From a virus: a stretch of 64,000 nt of DNA. Shown here piece after piece: positions 39,300 through 49,004 of this stretch (position 1 is its first letter; each line of letters opens with the position of its first letter). The position numbers and the translations under genes are program-made. Where the stretch lies: positions 1 to 64,000 of IMG/VR virus record IMGVR_UViG_3300044701_004608; one strand, 5' to 3'. Under the pieces are notes generated by a model. The model saw only the letters and a program-made list of their open reading frames with translations, was not told the origin of the DNA and searched no databases.

Positions 39300-39780
39300 G
39301 GTCACGCCCCTCGTGGTAGTCGAGGACATGCTCGAGATTGACCAGTTGACTCTTGAGGAATAGGCTCGAGATGAGTCCCACCAGGGTGGTGTAGAGTGCA
39401 GTGCTCATGCCCAGGGCCATGTCAGCGAGAGCACGCTGTAAGGTGGCGGTATCGGCGACATTGATGCCCGAGAAAGTGGTGCCCAGCATCAGCAAGAATC
39501 CAGCCACTGTTCCAATCATGCCCACGGCCAGCATGGACTCGCTGAGGAACCAGCCTATCTTGATGTGATAGTTGACATTGGTGACAGTGATGTTATAGTG
39601 CCAGATGCCAGCGGCTATGGTGGATACCACCCATAGAAACAAGATCACGAAACTCAGTTTGGTCTGATCAGCCGCCCACAGTTCGTCGTAGGCACCGAAA
39701 TAGCCCACGACCATAAAAAATAGCCCCTGTAAACAGACCAGGAGCCACCAACGAAGGAAACTGGCTCTGATATATTTCAT
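39283..39780 (-). CDS. MotA/TolQ/ExbB proton-channel family protein
   Basis: GMIGTVAG...GMSTALYTTLVG. Confidence 0.8.
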   Translation of the reverse strand: MKYIRASFLRWWLLVCLQGLFFMVVGYFGAYDELWAADQTKLSFVILFLWVVSTIAAGIWHYNITVTNVNYHIKIGWFLSESMLAVGMIGTVAGFLLMLGTTFSGINVADTATLQRALADMALGMSTALYTTLVGLISSLFLKSQLVNLEHVLDYHEGRDHADAQ

Positions 39781-39790
39781 GTCCATGTAT

Positions 39791-41713
39791 TTATTGTCCT
39801 TGCGTCACAGTTATGGCCGCACAACTAGCGGTAGCACAATTGTGAGTTATAGAATAACTCTGTTGAGTAGAACCGCTCTGTGTGGCCGTTACACTGGTGG
39901 CACCACCTGTGAGTTCTATCCGTGCCATGTGATTGGCCGAGCCGCTCTGTGTGAGATTCACTGTTTTGTTGCCGCCTGCGAGGTTTATTTCGGAATAGTG
40001 ATTGCCTGTGCCGGTTTGATTTATGGTAAGGCTATTTGAATCGCTGTTAACGGTGGCTAATACACCTTTGCTGCCGCCAGTGCTGTTCTGTGTCAGCCCA
40101 ACGGTATTGGAACCACCTGTGAGATCTAATTCCACATAATTGCTGGAGGAATTCGTGGTGGTTTGATTTGTGGTCATGGAGTTATTGCTGCCAGTGATGT
40201 TGGCTTCTAGATAGTTCTTGCCACCATGTTGTGTCACAGAGATAACATTGGAGTTTCCTATCTGTTCGATGATGACTCGGCTGTCGCCCACTGCAGAAAA
40301 TACTCCTGCTCGGGTGGCAAATCCGCTGTTGGCATCAAATGGAGTGCTTACCCCGCCGCAGCATAGGTCACTGGGATTTGACACAGAACCAGATCCAGTG
40401 GCTGTTGAAGTGGCTGTACTACTGGATTCATAGTAAAAGGTGATCTCAGCGATCTGCATGCTGTCGCAGTTCAATCCACAACCGTCACCGGCCTTGGTGG
40501 TGGGGAAGAAAATATAGTAATAGATATAAGGAGTGGCGTTGGTCACTGAGATCATGCTGCTGGTGGTTTTCCTATCATCGGTCAGTGATAGATTTCCTTC
40601 TCCCAGCAGAGTCCAGGTCACACCGTCGTTGGAGGCATACAACTTATAACTGGTGGGATCTCTACCGGGAAAATCGTTGGCTGTTGTTAGAGTAAATCCA
40701 GTTATGACTTTACCGATGTTCAACTTCACTGTGACTCCGGCGTTCTTCTTGTCAAAGTTTAGATACTTGGTATCAGGGTCGTTGTCAAAGGCCTTGGCAG
40801 CATCTTCACCCGCAGGACTGTTGTTCGATGTGGGATAGTGATTGGTGATCCAGACATTCTGGCTGATGCCTGAATTGTAAACAGCAGTGGGCACAGATGG
40901 AGAGGGCGGTGGCGGAGCATCCGATCCTGGATTGGGATTTACTGGAGTGAATGTTTGTCCGTTCAATGAGGTTGTTCCCTGCACTTCGTCTACCAGCAGG
41001 ATGGGACTTAGTGCGGTATCACCTAGATTGAATGATGTGAAACCCAACACATAGGTTCCCGACACTGGCACAGTGAATGTGGCCACTTGCCAACCCGTGG
41101 CACCATAACTGCCTGTGGCATAGTTTCCTGTGCCGGGATTGGTAAAACCCAGCAAAGAATATCTCTGTTGTTTGTTGTTGAGAGTGGGAGTGATATTGCC
41201 GTCGGTGCTGTGGACCAGACTCATGATAGATCCGTCGTTGAAGGGAGTGTAGTCTGTGGAAAGATACTGCCAGGCCATGGTATAGGTCTGTCCTGCCTGC
41301 AAGGTGATCTCTCGCTTCATGTAGGAGCCTGTGGTGGGAGTTGGATTACCTCCTCCGCCGTTCTGCGATTGATAAGTCAGCATGTTTTTGATCGCGGTGT
41401 TTTCCACACCTGATAATCCCAGGCCCGAAGTGATCTGGTCAAAGGCCAAGCCGCCGCCTTGTATGCTGGCCATCTTGGTTCCATAGGGAGTGATGTTCCA
41501 GGTTAGGCCGCCACCAGGACTGTAGTTGGTGACGCCAGTGACCACGCTGACTCCCACACCATTTGGATTCCACCCGGTGGCTGACTGTGTTCCTGTGGTT
41601 CCACCAATCTGCCACTCTGCACCTAGACCGTTTTCGAATCCATAGTTGGCGTTGGCCAGCGCGGAGTGTAACACAGACAGTATCCCAAATAAAAAAATCA
41701 GTAGATTTTTCAT
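39791..41713 (-). CDS. Secreted protein with lectin/discoidin-like domains and C-terminal curlin-like repeats
   Basis: Signal peptide; AFDND..TKY F5/8-like domain; repeated QxGxxN; start trimmed to MKNLL. Confidence 0.75.
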   Translation of the reverse strand: MKNLLIFLFGILSVLHSALANANYGFENGLGAEWQIGGTTGTQSATGWNPNGVGVSVVTGVTNYSPGGGLTWNITPYGTKMASIQGGGLAFDQITSGLGLSGVENTAIKNMLTYQSQNGGGGNPTPTTGSYMKREITLQAGQTYTMAWQYLSTDYTPFNDGSIMSLVHSTDGNITPTLNNKQQRYSLLGFTNPGTGNYATGSYGATGWQVATFTVPVSGTYVLGFTSFNLGDTALSPILLVDEVQGTTSLNGQTFTPVNPNPGSDAPPPPSPSVPTAVYNSGISQNVWITNHYPTSNNSPAGEDAAKAFDNDPDTKYLNFDKKNAGVTVKLNIGKVITGFTLTTANDFPGRDPTSYKLYASNDGVTWTLLGEGNLSLTDDRKTTSSMISVTNATPYIYYYIFFPTTKAGDGCGLNCDSMQIAEITFYYESSSTATSTATGSGSVSNPSDLCCGGVSTPFDANSGFATRAGVFSAVGDSRVIIEQIGNSNVISVTQHGGKNYLEANITGSNNSMTTNQTTTNSSSNYVELDLTGGSNTVGLTQNSTGGSKGVLATVNSDSNSLTINQTGTGNHYSEINLAGGNKTVNLTQSGSANHMARIELTGGATSVTATQSGSTQQSYSITHNCATASCAAITVTQGQ

Positions 41714-42759
41714 CGGTTCCACTGCCTTATGGTTATCTTGGTAGACCCATCGCCGGTGACCCGTGTATGTAGGTCGTTGTCGTTGATGGATATGCTGTAA
41801 GTGACATTGTCTTGTAGTTCGCCCGACTTCACTGAGATAGTGTTGCCTTTTTCGGGATCGTGACGCCAGTAATAGTTGCGACCTTTTTCGTTGCCGCATT
41901 CGTTGAATGGGTAACAGTTGTCGTTCCGGCTGGATTCGTTGCTTTTATTCTCGGCACTGGCATCTACCAATAACTTCGTAGAGGACTCATCCGATTTCGC
42001 TTTCTGATCCCGGGCCGATTTCTTATCTTCATCCTCTCGGGCTTGTTCTTTCTCGCGATCTTTTTCTTTAAGTTGTTCATCAATACCATCGGGCTTGACC
42101 AAGTTCATGTCGTTGTTGATCAAAGCTATGTCGGGAATGACCGCTACCGGTGGTAGTGGCGCGGCATCTGAAGAAGCTACATATGTGGCCGTGAACGCTT
42201 GGTTCAAGCTCACCATGCCTGCGGCCGTTTCCACATCGATCTGGCCCACTGTACAGTTGTCAGCGATGCGATAGTTGTTAGTATTACGAGGATCTTCACA
42301 GCTGGGCAATAAAACGACCACAGAGCGTCCTGCTTCATCCACGGTCATGGAGAAGTCAGTGCCGCGCACAGCGATGGTGGCCGTGGGTGTCTTGAGGTTC
42401 ACTGCCTGTCGGTTGGTCTTGGCTATCTGGCCCGAAGTGTATTTCACTGTGCCTAGTGCCACTTTCATGGCCAGTTTGCCAGCATCGCTGGCCTTAGGGT
42501 CAAACACGAAATCGTCGATGACCAATCGACTGTTGGCTGTTATCTTTACCTTTGTGTTGTCTTGGAAAGTCAACCCGGCTTCAGTGGCCGATCCCACTAC
42601 TACGAGATCGTTGCTTTCGATGCCGGACTGTTTTGTTATCTGTGATGTAGCAGAACCGCGTTTGACGCTCGCGTTGGCACCTTTGAGTTCAGTTACCGAG
42701 CCTATAGAAGCCCATGAACTCACAGATGCCAACAGTAATAACGAGCATATCCAACGCAT
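41710..42759 (-). CDS. FecR-domain periplasmic protein
   Basis: F.D.T.V....NS.L.ID, TPTATIAVRGTDF. Confidence 0.85.
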   Translation of the reverse strand: MRWICSLLLLASVSSWASIGSVTELKGANASVKRGSATSQITKQSGIESNDLVVVGSATEAGLTFQDNTKVKITANSRLVIDDFVFDPKASDAGKLAMKVALGTVKYTSGQIAKTNRQAVNLKTPTATIAVRGTDFSMTVDEAGRSVVVLLPSCEDPRNTNNYRIADNCTVGQIDVETAAGMVSLNQAFTATYVASSDAAPLPPVAVIPDIALINNDMNLVKPDGIDEQLKEKDREKEQAREDEDKKSARDQKAKSDESSTKLLVDASAENKSNESSRNDNCYPFNECGNEKGRNYYWRHDPEKGNTISVKSGELQDNVTYSISINDNDLHTRVTGDGSTKITIRQWNR

Positions 42760-43424
42760 TAGTTTCCAGTGATCACTGTCACTGTGTTCGAGTTACCGTT
42801 AGTGTTGATGCTGACGATAGTATCAATGCTTCCCGACTGTGTGACGGAATGCGTATTAGAAGTTCCTGTGACTGCGGCTGTCAATGTATGGCCACCACCT
42901 GCTGATGTGCCCGACATTGTATGTGTGAACTGGTTGCTGTCGCCCAGGATGGTGATCGAGGCTGAACTGTTGTCAGTCTGGATGTCCTGAGATACTGTGT
43001 TGCTGTTGCCAGTGATGCTAAGGCTGTTAGTGATGGCAGAACCTTTGATGGTCTGTGTCACTGTGTTGCTGTCGCCTTGTATAGTTGTAGTGCTTGTCAC
43101 TCCTGTACATGCAGTAGTTCCGTCACCGCAAGTCATGGTGATGGCGTTAGTGTCGCCAGTCACTGACTTAGTGATAGTGTTGCCAGAACCTGTGACAGCG
43201 TAAGCCAGCGTGTTTGAATCGCCGGTTTGTGTCACGGTCATTGAGTTGTTGCTGCCAGTGATGGTAGCGTCAACGCTGGAAGTACCCACAGAGTTGAGCG
43301 TACCAACTTGTGTTATGCTGATGGTGTTACTGCCACCAACCTGCTCGATATACACTGAGTTTCCTGCATGGGCCACGGTGAATGACATCGCCACCGCTAA
43401 ACCTATCAGTGTTCTTTTAAACAT
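42759..43424 (-). CDS. Curlin-like (CsgA/CsgB-type) repeat subunit
   Basis: Signal peptide; tandem 11-residue (Q/I/V)xGxxN beta repeats. Confidence 0.8.
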   Translation of the reverse strand: MFKRTLIGLAVAMSFTVAHAGNSVYIEQVGGSNTISITQVGTLNSVGTSSVDATITGSNNSMTVTQTGDSNTLAYAVTGSGNTITKSVTGDTNAITMTCGDGTTACTGVTSTTTIQGDSNTVTQTIKGSAITNSLSITGNSNTVSQDIQTDNSSASITILGDSNQFTHTMSGTSAGGGHTLTAAVTGTSNTHSVTQSGSIDTIVSINTNGNSNTVTVITGN

Positions 43425-43466
43425 GCTTTATCAGAGGCGTTAAACCTCCGCTCCTTCATTTTATGT

Positions 43467-44618
43467 TCAATCGTCTAAACGACTGAATCTGCTTTTATGT
43501 ACCCAACCGGTATTGCCGCTATATTCGACGAATACCCAGTCTCGTTTCTTTTCTAGGACCACGACACGCGACCCGGGTTCAAGCCTTGTTGTCTTTTCAC
43601 TGTCCGTGATAGGCTGGCTCCGCAGGTTAGACCAATCTTTGATCTCACCTGTTTTTTTGATGGGCACAGCTTTCTGTTGAGGTACTACTTTTTCAGTTGT
43701 GGGTGAGGGCGGAGTTTCTTTTTCAATTTTCTTTTCTGTTACTGGAGAAGCCGCAGGAGCGGGTGCTACTTTGACTTCTTCTTTTTTTGGTTCAACCTTG
43801 GGTGTTTCTGTCAATGGTGTAGCCACGACCACTGGTTTACGATACTGCCAATGTCCTTTTTTCTCGCCTTGCTTGATCATCTCGATCACGGCGGCGTGGA
43901 TGGCTAGTTGTACTGCGCTGTTCATGCTTTCGTTGCTGGCGGCACCAGTTTCAAGTTCCAGTGCTTTAGTGCCAAGATCATAGAAGCGTAGCACGCCCAT
44001 CTTGTCTTGGAACGACACTACGGTTTTCTTGATCGTGACTGCTGTGAGAACTTCACCGCTGGCCACAGAAACAGCACGGAGACTAATCACGATCTCGTCC
44101 TGGCGATATTCTGTGCTGGCCCCGATGCCTAATAATCTAGCGCCCGAGCCACCACTGATCACGTTGCTGTCATAACCTACGATACCACCTTCAAGTATCA
44201 GTCCTGCGAACACCATAGGAGGCAATGCCTGTGCGTCCTTGCCTTGATAGAGTTCGCGCATCTGGCGTATGAGCTGGCGTTCCTTGACGATGTTGTCTAG
44301 GCCGCCACGCTCGACTACTTTAAACCAACTGCCGTTGCCTACTTCCTGTAAGCTACGGATGAGATAGTTGTCAGCACCTTGTGTCACAGCCGAGCTCAAT
44401 GATGCTAGAGTCTGGCTGGCTTTGCGTTGACCTGTTAAGTCACGGAAACTGTAGACGGCCACGGTGATAGCACCACCTTGTGGTGGTAACAGTTGTTCTT
44501 GGTTCAATAATACTGGTTGTGTGGCTTCAGGTTGATCGATGGTACGAACTTGTTTAGAAATCGTAGAGCATCCAGCCAACATGGATATCACTGCGAGTGC
44601 TAGGATAGTCTTCTTCAT
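43467..44618 (-). CDS. csgG: Curli secretion channel CsgG with C-terminal SH3b-like domain
   Basis: Lipobox LAGC; VAVYSFRDLTGQRK, SSAVTQG, VVER.GL..I.KERQLIR. Confidence 0.92.
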   Translation of the reverse strand: MKKTILALAVISMLAGCSTISKQVRTIDQPEATQPVLLNQEQLLPPQGGAITVAVYSFRDLTGQRKASQTLASLSSAVTQGADNYLIRSLQEVGNGSWFKVVERGGLDNIVKERQLIRQMRELYQGKDAQALPPMVFAGLILEGGIVGYDSNVISGGSGARLLGIGASTEYRQDEIVISLRAVSVASGEVLTAVTIKKTVVSFQDKMGVLRFYDLGTKALELETGAASNESMNSAVQLAIHAAVIEMIKQGEKKGHWQYRKPVVVATPLTETPKVEPKKEEVKVAPAPAASPVTEKKIEKETPPSPTTEKVVPQQKAVPIKKTGEIKDWSNLRSQPITDSEKTTRLEPGSRVVVLEKKRDWVFVEYSGNTGWVHKSRFSRLDD

Positions 44619-45076
44619 GGCGCGATCCATCCAAAGTCACCGATGGGCACAGACACGGTAGTGACATTACCATTGTTGTCTGTGATAGTCATGGTGATGG
44701 TCTGTCCATCACTGGTGTAACTGATAGATCCGCCATTGAAACTGAAAGAACCATTGACTTGTGTGCCTTGGCCTTCGAATAGTTTTTCTGTGATCTGGCG
44801 TGCGAGTTCGTTGTAGACGCGGCTTTCCAAGTTGGCAATGAATCGTGCCATAGTGGTGTTTTTGGCGTCTTGCTCGGCTTTCAAGTCAGCGGCTTTCTTC
44901 TCGGCTGCGATAGCGAGTTTGCGGCTGAGTTCTTGATTATAGATAGTCAGGACATGGCTCGAGTAGCCGATGCCAGAAAATGCGGGTGAGTTAAATTGAT
45001 GTACTAATTCACTTGCTACTATACTGCTCGATATCACACAGCTCACGACCGCTATTGTAATTTTTTTTGCGATCAT
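44615..45076 (-). CDS. csgF: Curli assembly protein CsgF
   Basis: SELVHQFNSPAFSG mature N-terminus; directly upstream of csgG. Confidence 0.85.
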   Translation of the reverse strand: MIAKKITIAVVSCVISSSIVASELVHQFNSPAFSGIGYSSHVLTIYNQELSRKLAIAAEKKAADLKAEQDAKNTTMARFIANLESRVYNELARQITEKLFEGQGTQVNGSFSFNGGSISYTSDGQTITMTITDNNGNVTTVSVPIGDFGWIAP

Positions 45077-45077
45077 T

Positions 45078-45110
45078 TGTCTGCTCCTAATATTATTTAA
45101 GGAGCAGACA
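45078..45110 (-). promoter_or_regulatory. RBS-sequestering hairpin with a late promoter in its loop
   Basis: TGTCTGCTCCT-TAAATAATATT-AGGAGCAGACA just before csgF ATG. Confidence 0.75.
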
Positions 45111-45128
45111 TTGCTTTATATTATGCTG

Positions 45129-45431
45129 TTATTTTGTGCGACTCAATATTTCGTCGTAGAATGAATCGAGTTCTCCGCCGAACTTGCCATAAAGTGTCTT
45201 AGACAACTCCTGACAGGTTTCGTAGTCGTTGTCTCGGGCCGCAGCAACAAACTGCTGGTGCAATTTCTTAGACTCGTCAAGTCCGATGAGATCACCGAGT
45301 TTTATTTTATCTGCGGTGACTACACAAAATGCTTCAACAGTCTGTCCTTCGACTACAAACGATTCTAGTTCAAGTACTGTGTGCTTCTTAGCCACTTCTT
45401 CGGCTATGTGACGATGTAGTATTATTTGCAT
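45129..45431 (-). CDS. Hypothetical protein
   Basis: ORF track; LYGKFGGELDSFY resembles the cyclase C-tail MKGSFGGQMDKYY. Confidence 0.75.
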   Translation of the reverse strand: MQIILHRHIAEEVAKKHTVLELESFVVEGQTVEAFCVVTADKIKLGDLIGLDESKKLHQQFVAAARDNDYETCQELSKTLYGKFGGELDSFYDEILSRTK

Positions 45432-45436
45432 GAGTG

Positions 45437-46717
45437 TTATCCTAAATCGTATCCTTGACTATGGAAAATTTTGTATGATTTAGGAAATCTAAAACGATGA
45501 TTGGGTGTTTTAAAAAATGAAGGAAATTGTTCGTGATTGGGGTAGACAAAATCCTTGAACATATTAGAAAATTTTGTCCTATTATGATCGCCGATCCATT
45601 CCCAGTTAAACCAGTCAGGGTCCACCTGCATGGTTTTAGCGGCATTGATCATGTAGGCCTGGGAGGCATCGGTGTTTGATCCATAGAACCATTCATCTCT
45701 TTTAGTAAAGTAAATGCCAGTGACGCTTTTTTCGTTACTGAATGTGTCCAATGACCAATAAGGATATATTATAGTCTTGACATGTTCATTAGTGAGACGC
45801 CGGTCATTGAACCAAACAAGAGATTCAGCAACTTCGTACCCCCAACGATTTATTTTAGAAAATTGTTCGATTAGTGCTTGATTTTGGGGGTTTAACAAAT
45901 GTTTTTTGATTTCGTGGCATTGCTTGATGACTAATTCGGGAAGATCGGGAGTCCAATAAAAAAACTCACTGTGGTCTGTTTCTCGATTATACATCTGAAA
46001 GTTAGCTGGCGCACTATGATCAATGATGTCATAAAAACTAGCTGACCATTTTCCGTCACGATATCTCACTGAAGGTTTGTCGGTAGCATGTATGATCGCT
46101 AATTTTTTACCTGACTCAATGATCTTTTTGTAATCATCAATGTAGAGTCTTAGGTCTGCGCGGCAGACATTTTGTATACTAGCACAAGCATTACCATAAT
46201 AGATAAATTCAAATTTAGCTTCGGGATGATCTTTCCAAAATTGAAATTGAAATTCGGTGAGATCAACAAATCTATGTTTGACGTTTGGAAATTTTTCTTT
46301 GACCAATTCTCCATAAGGATGTGCCACTTTCCATATCTCGGCATTTTGAAAAGAATCCTTGTCGCCTTTGTTGCCTTCATAGGTATGCCAACTTAGCAGT
46401 TCGTCAATAGGAATATCATTTTTCAAGAAAGCCATGAGAGCATTGTGGCTGTCCGATCCACCGCTGAAGGCTAGAACAAGATAGTCGTATTTGTTTCTTA
46501 ATTGCTCGGCTCGCCGGCGATAGAGATCTAACAACGATTCGCTGGGTTCAATGGCCCAGTTATAACAGGAAAAAACTTCGTCGTTGAAATTCCAGCGTGG
46601 CTTTTTTTTAGATTGTTCAGATACTACTATAGCATCATATTTGCTGTAGGTTTTGTAGTCGCCAACTTCGTAATAACCAAATCGATTCTTATCGCTATTA
46701 GGGTGGAAGAGTTTCAT
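45437..46717 (-). CDS. PP-loop (adenine nucleotide alpha-hydrolase-like) protein, AT-rich
   Basis: LAFSGGSDS; start trimmed to ATGA overlap. Confidence 0.7.
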   Translation of the reverse strand: MKLFHPNSDKNRFGYYEVGDYKTYSKYDAIVVSEQSKKKPRWNFNDEVFSCYNWAIEPSESLLDLYRRRAEQLRNKYDYLVLAFSGGSDSHNALMAFLKNDIPIDELLSWHTYEGNKGDKDSFQNAEIWKVAHPYGELVKEKFPNVKHRFVDLTEFQFQFWKDHPEAKFEFIYYGNACASIQNVCRADLRLYIDDYKKIIESGKKLAIIHATDKPSVRYRDGKWSASFYDIIDHSAPANFQMYNRETDHSEFFYWTPDLPELVIKQCHEIKKHLLNPQNQALIEQFSKINRWGYEVAESLVWFNDRRLTNEHVKTIIYPYWSLDTFSNEKSVTGIYFTKRDEWFYGSNTDASQAYMINAAKTMQVDPDWFNWEWIGDHNRTKFSNMFKDFVYPNHEQFPSFFKTPNHRFRFPKSYKIFHSQGYDLG

Positions 46718-47247
46718 CTTAGTTTTTTGATATTGTGTTCTCGGTAAACCTGCTGTACACCTTGTGCTTGATACACGCAATCGGCCAGGGCATTGTGGTG
46801 TCCTACTCGACCTTTTGCCCTTGGATCGCCGAGGACTCCAAATAGTGTGCGGCTGTCTCGTATCTGCCAAAACTGCCACGGAGTAGGCCAGCCATACTGG
46901 CGATAGATATTTTCAAGGATCGCGATGTCAAACACGGGGCCTTGTGCCCATATGTTATTTACACCTACAAGGAAACGGTTCAATTGTTTGTACATCTCTT
47001 CCACAGAGACACGATCATTTTCGCCAATGGCTTCTTCGCGTACCGCTTCGTCCTGTTTCATCCACCATTGTAGAGTGTCTTCCTGGACTTCTCGGCCACG
47101 TGCGATCTGTTCGTCGGCGTCTACCCGCAGATACAGTCCGGGGCCAGGTTCATCAGATGAGTAAGGGTCAAATTTAACCGCGCCCAGAGTCAGTATCACG
47201 CAATCGGGGCGGGTTCCTAGTGTTTCGAGGTCAAGCATCACATCCAT
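46714..47247 (-). CDS. DEDDh 3'-5' exoribonuclease (Rv2179c-like)
   Basis: MLDLETLG, FDIAIL, RDSRT, HNALAD. Confidence 0.88.
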   Translation of the reverse strand: MDVMLDLETLGTRPDCVILTLGAVKFDPYSSDEPGPGLYLRVDADEQIARGREVQEDTLQWWMKQDEAVREEAIGENDRVSVEEMYKQLNRFLVGVNNIWAQGPVFDIAILENIYRQYGWPTPWQFWQIRDSRTLFGVLGDPRAKGRVGHHNALADCVYQAQGVQQVYREHNIKKLR

Positions 47248-47264
47248 ACGGATATTATATGCTA

Positions 47265-47744
47265 TTATTTTGATTGTGTCAAGAGTTTTTGGCTTTCGGC
47301 GGCCACTACCCGTTTACGCAGGCTCGAACTGGAAAAACTATGGTCCCGGCCATTGAAAATGATTTCGATGCAGCGATGTTCACATTCATCTCGACCAGTG
47401 AAATGTTTACCTTCGTATTCCACACCCAACACCCGCACATCAATTGGAAGTATCAGTAACAAGTCTACGAGATCTTGTTCGGTTTGGTAGACCACCACTT
47501 CGTCCACATAACGGCAAGCAGCCAATTGGATCTGGCGTTCTACGATGCTTTGTACCGGAGAATTTTTAGTATCAGGACGGTCGATGGTGGGATCAGTCTG
47601 TAAGCCAGCGATGAGATAATCGCAATGGTTCTTGGCTTCGGCCAACATAGCGATATGCCCGGCATGTAGCATGTCAAAGGTAGAGAAGGTTATGCCGATC
47701 CTCTTGCCCTGGGCTTTGAGGTCTTTGATGTGGTTGAATATCAC
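47265..47744 (-). CDS. Cytidylyltransferase (TagD-like)
   Basis: FDMLHAGH, ERQIQL, SSSSLR. Confidence 0.88.
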   Translation of the reverse strand: MIFNHIKDLKAQGKRIGITFSTFDMLHAGHIAMLAEAKNHCDYLIAGLQTDPTIDRPDTKNSPVQSIVERQIQLAACRYVDEVVVYQTEQDLVDLLLILPIDVRVLGVEYEGKHFTGRDECEHRCIEIIFNGRDHSFSSSSLRKRVVAAESQKLLTQSK

Positions 47745-48058
47745 TGATCAGCTTCGAGTTTGACTTGTAAAGGGAAACCGTTGTTACGGGCGAGTAGTGT
47801 GACTTCGATGCCTTTTTGTTCGGCGATCTCAAAGGGCAACACCGCTACTACAGCAGATCCGTCACTATGGATACGGACGGTGATGTCTTGGGCCCGGTCT
47901 TCGTCGTAATCGAAGATAGCTTTAAGGGTTTCGATGACGAACTCCATTGTAGTTGTCTCGTCATTGATATAGATCACCTTGAAGAAGGGCGGCTCTTTGA
48001 TGGAAAGGTCTTCGGCGATTCGGGGTCTCACGATAGTTTCAGTTTTTGTGTCTGCCAT
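47741..48058 (-). CDS. clpS: Clp protease adaptor ClpS
   Basis: KVIYINDETTTMEFV, IH..G, EIAEQK, FPL. Confidence 0.92.
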   Translation of the reverse strand: MADTKTETIVRPRIAEDLSIKEPPFFKVIYINDETTTMEFVIETLKAIFDYDEDRAQDITVRIHSDGSAVVAVLPFEIAEQKGIEVTLLARNNGFPLQVKLEADQ

Positions 48059-48115
48059 GTCATGTCCAGTATTTAATCGAAAGTCAAACAAGGGCGGGTC
48101 TCCCCGCCCAGGGCA

Positions 48116-48556
48116 TCACTTAGCAAAAGTGATGGCGATCTTTTTAGGCTTCTTCTCCTCGGGAACCACATGCTCGAGTGCTACACTCAAGATACCATTC
48201 TTGACTGTGGCGGCACGCACTTCCACGTTGTCTGCCAGGGTGAATCTGCGAACGAAACTGCGAGCAGAAATACCACGATGCAGATACTCAGGAGTATCTT
48301 CCTGCTTGGCACGCTCACCGGCCACGGTCAGCACGCCATCTTTGAGCTCAACGTCGAGTTCTTCTTCGTTGAACCCAGCCACTGCTACTTCGACCACATA
48401 ATGTGCGTCGTCGAGCTTGACCACGTTATAAGGAGGATAGTTATCGCCTTTGCTGTTAGCGAAAGTGCGATTCAGTTCCTCAAACATACGGTCGAAGCCG
48501 ATAGCATGGCGGTGTAATGTAGGAAGATCAAAAGTGGAAAAAGTATATTGTGTCAT
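48116..48556 (-). CDS. Small heat shock protein (Hsp20/IbpA-like)
   Basis: IGFDRMF, YPPYN, AVAGF, YLHRGIS.R.F. Confidence 0.95.
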   Translation of the reverse strand: MTQYTFSTFDLPTLHRHAIGFDRMFEELNRTFANSKGDNYPPYNVVKLDDAHYVVEVAVAGFNEEELDVELKDGVLTVAGERAKQEDTPEYLHRGISARSFVRRFTLADNVEVRAATVKNGILSVALEHVVPEEKKPKKIAITFAK

Positions 48557-48631
48557 AATATTCTCCTTTATTAAGCAAGTATGACGTTAATGAAATGTAG
48601 CCCGACCATCGGCGCTACATATGTATTTATA
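48557..48631 (-). promoter_or_regulatory. TATAAATA late box and ROSE-like 5' UTR of hsp20
   Basis: CTTGCTT-AATA-AAGGAG hairpin with bulged G; upstream ATGTAG/CTACAT stem. Confidence 0.65.
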
Positions 48632-48656
48632 CAGTTTTATTTGGTGAATGTCAAGA

Positions 48657-49004
48657 CTATTGTAAGTCTTCGTTGGGATCATCGTCCAATTCTTCGCGGG
48701 CGAGATTCAACATGATTTGGTATTGTTCCCAGGCGTGTTGCACAGCAGGGTGTGTTTCACGGATGCGTTGGTCGGCACGGTGTTGATCCAAAATCTCGCG
48801 ATCTTCCAGCCAGCCACTGATTCCATCCCAGTTGGTGCCATCGAGTGTTATGGTATCTACTGTGTTTATGGTGTATGCGGGCTGTGCAGCGGCGTAATCG
48901 GAAATATCGATAGTGATATTGCTATCTGACAGATCGATGACGCAATCTGCGGATTCTGCGCCAGACTCGGCGGTGAAGATGAAGACGTCTTTATCGTCCA
49001 TCAA
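48657..49004 (-). CDS. Hypothetical protein
   Basis: ORF track; overlap-coupled. Confidence 0.7.
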   Translation of the reverse strand: MMDDKDVFIFTAESGAESADCVIDLSDSNITIDISDYAAAQPAYTINTVDTITLDGTNWDGISGWLEDREILDQHRADQRIRETHPAVQHAWEQYQIMLNLAREELDDDPNEDLQ

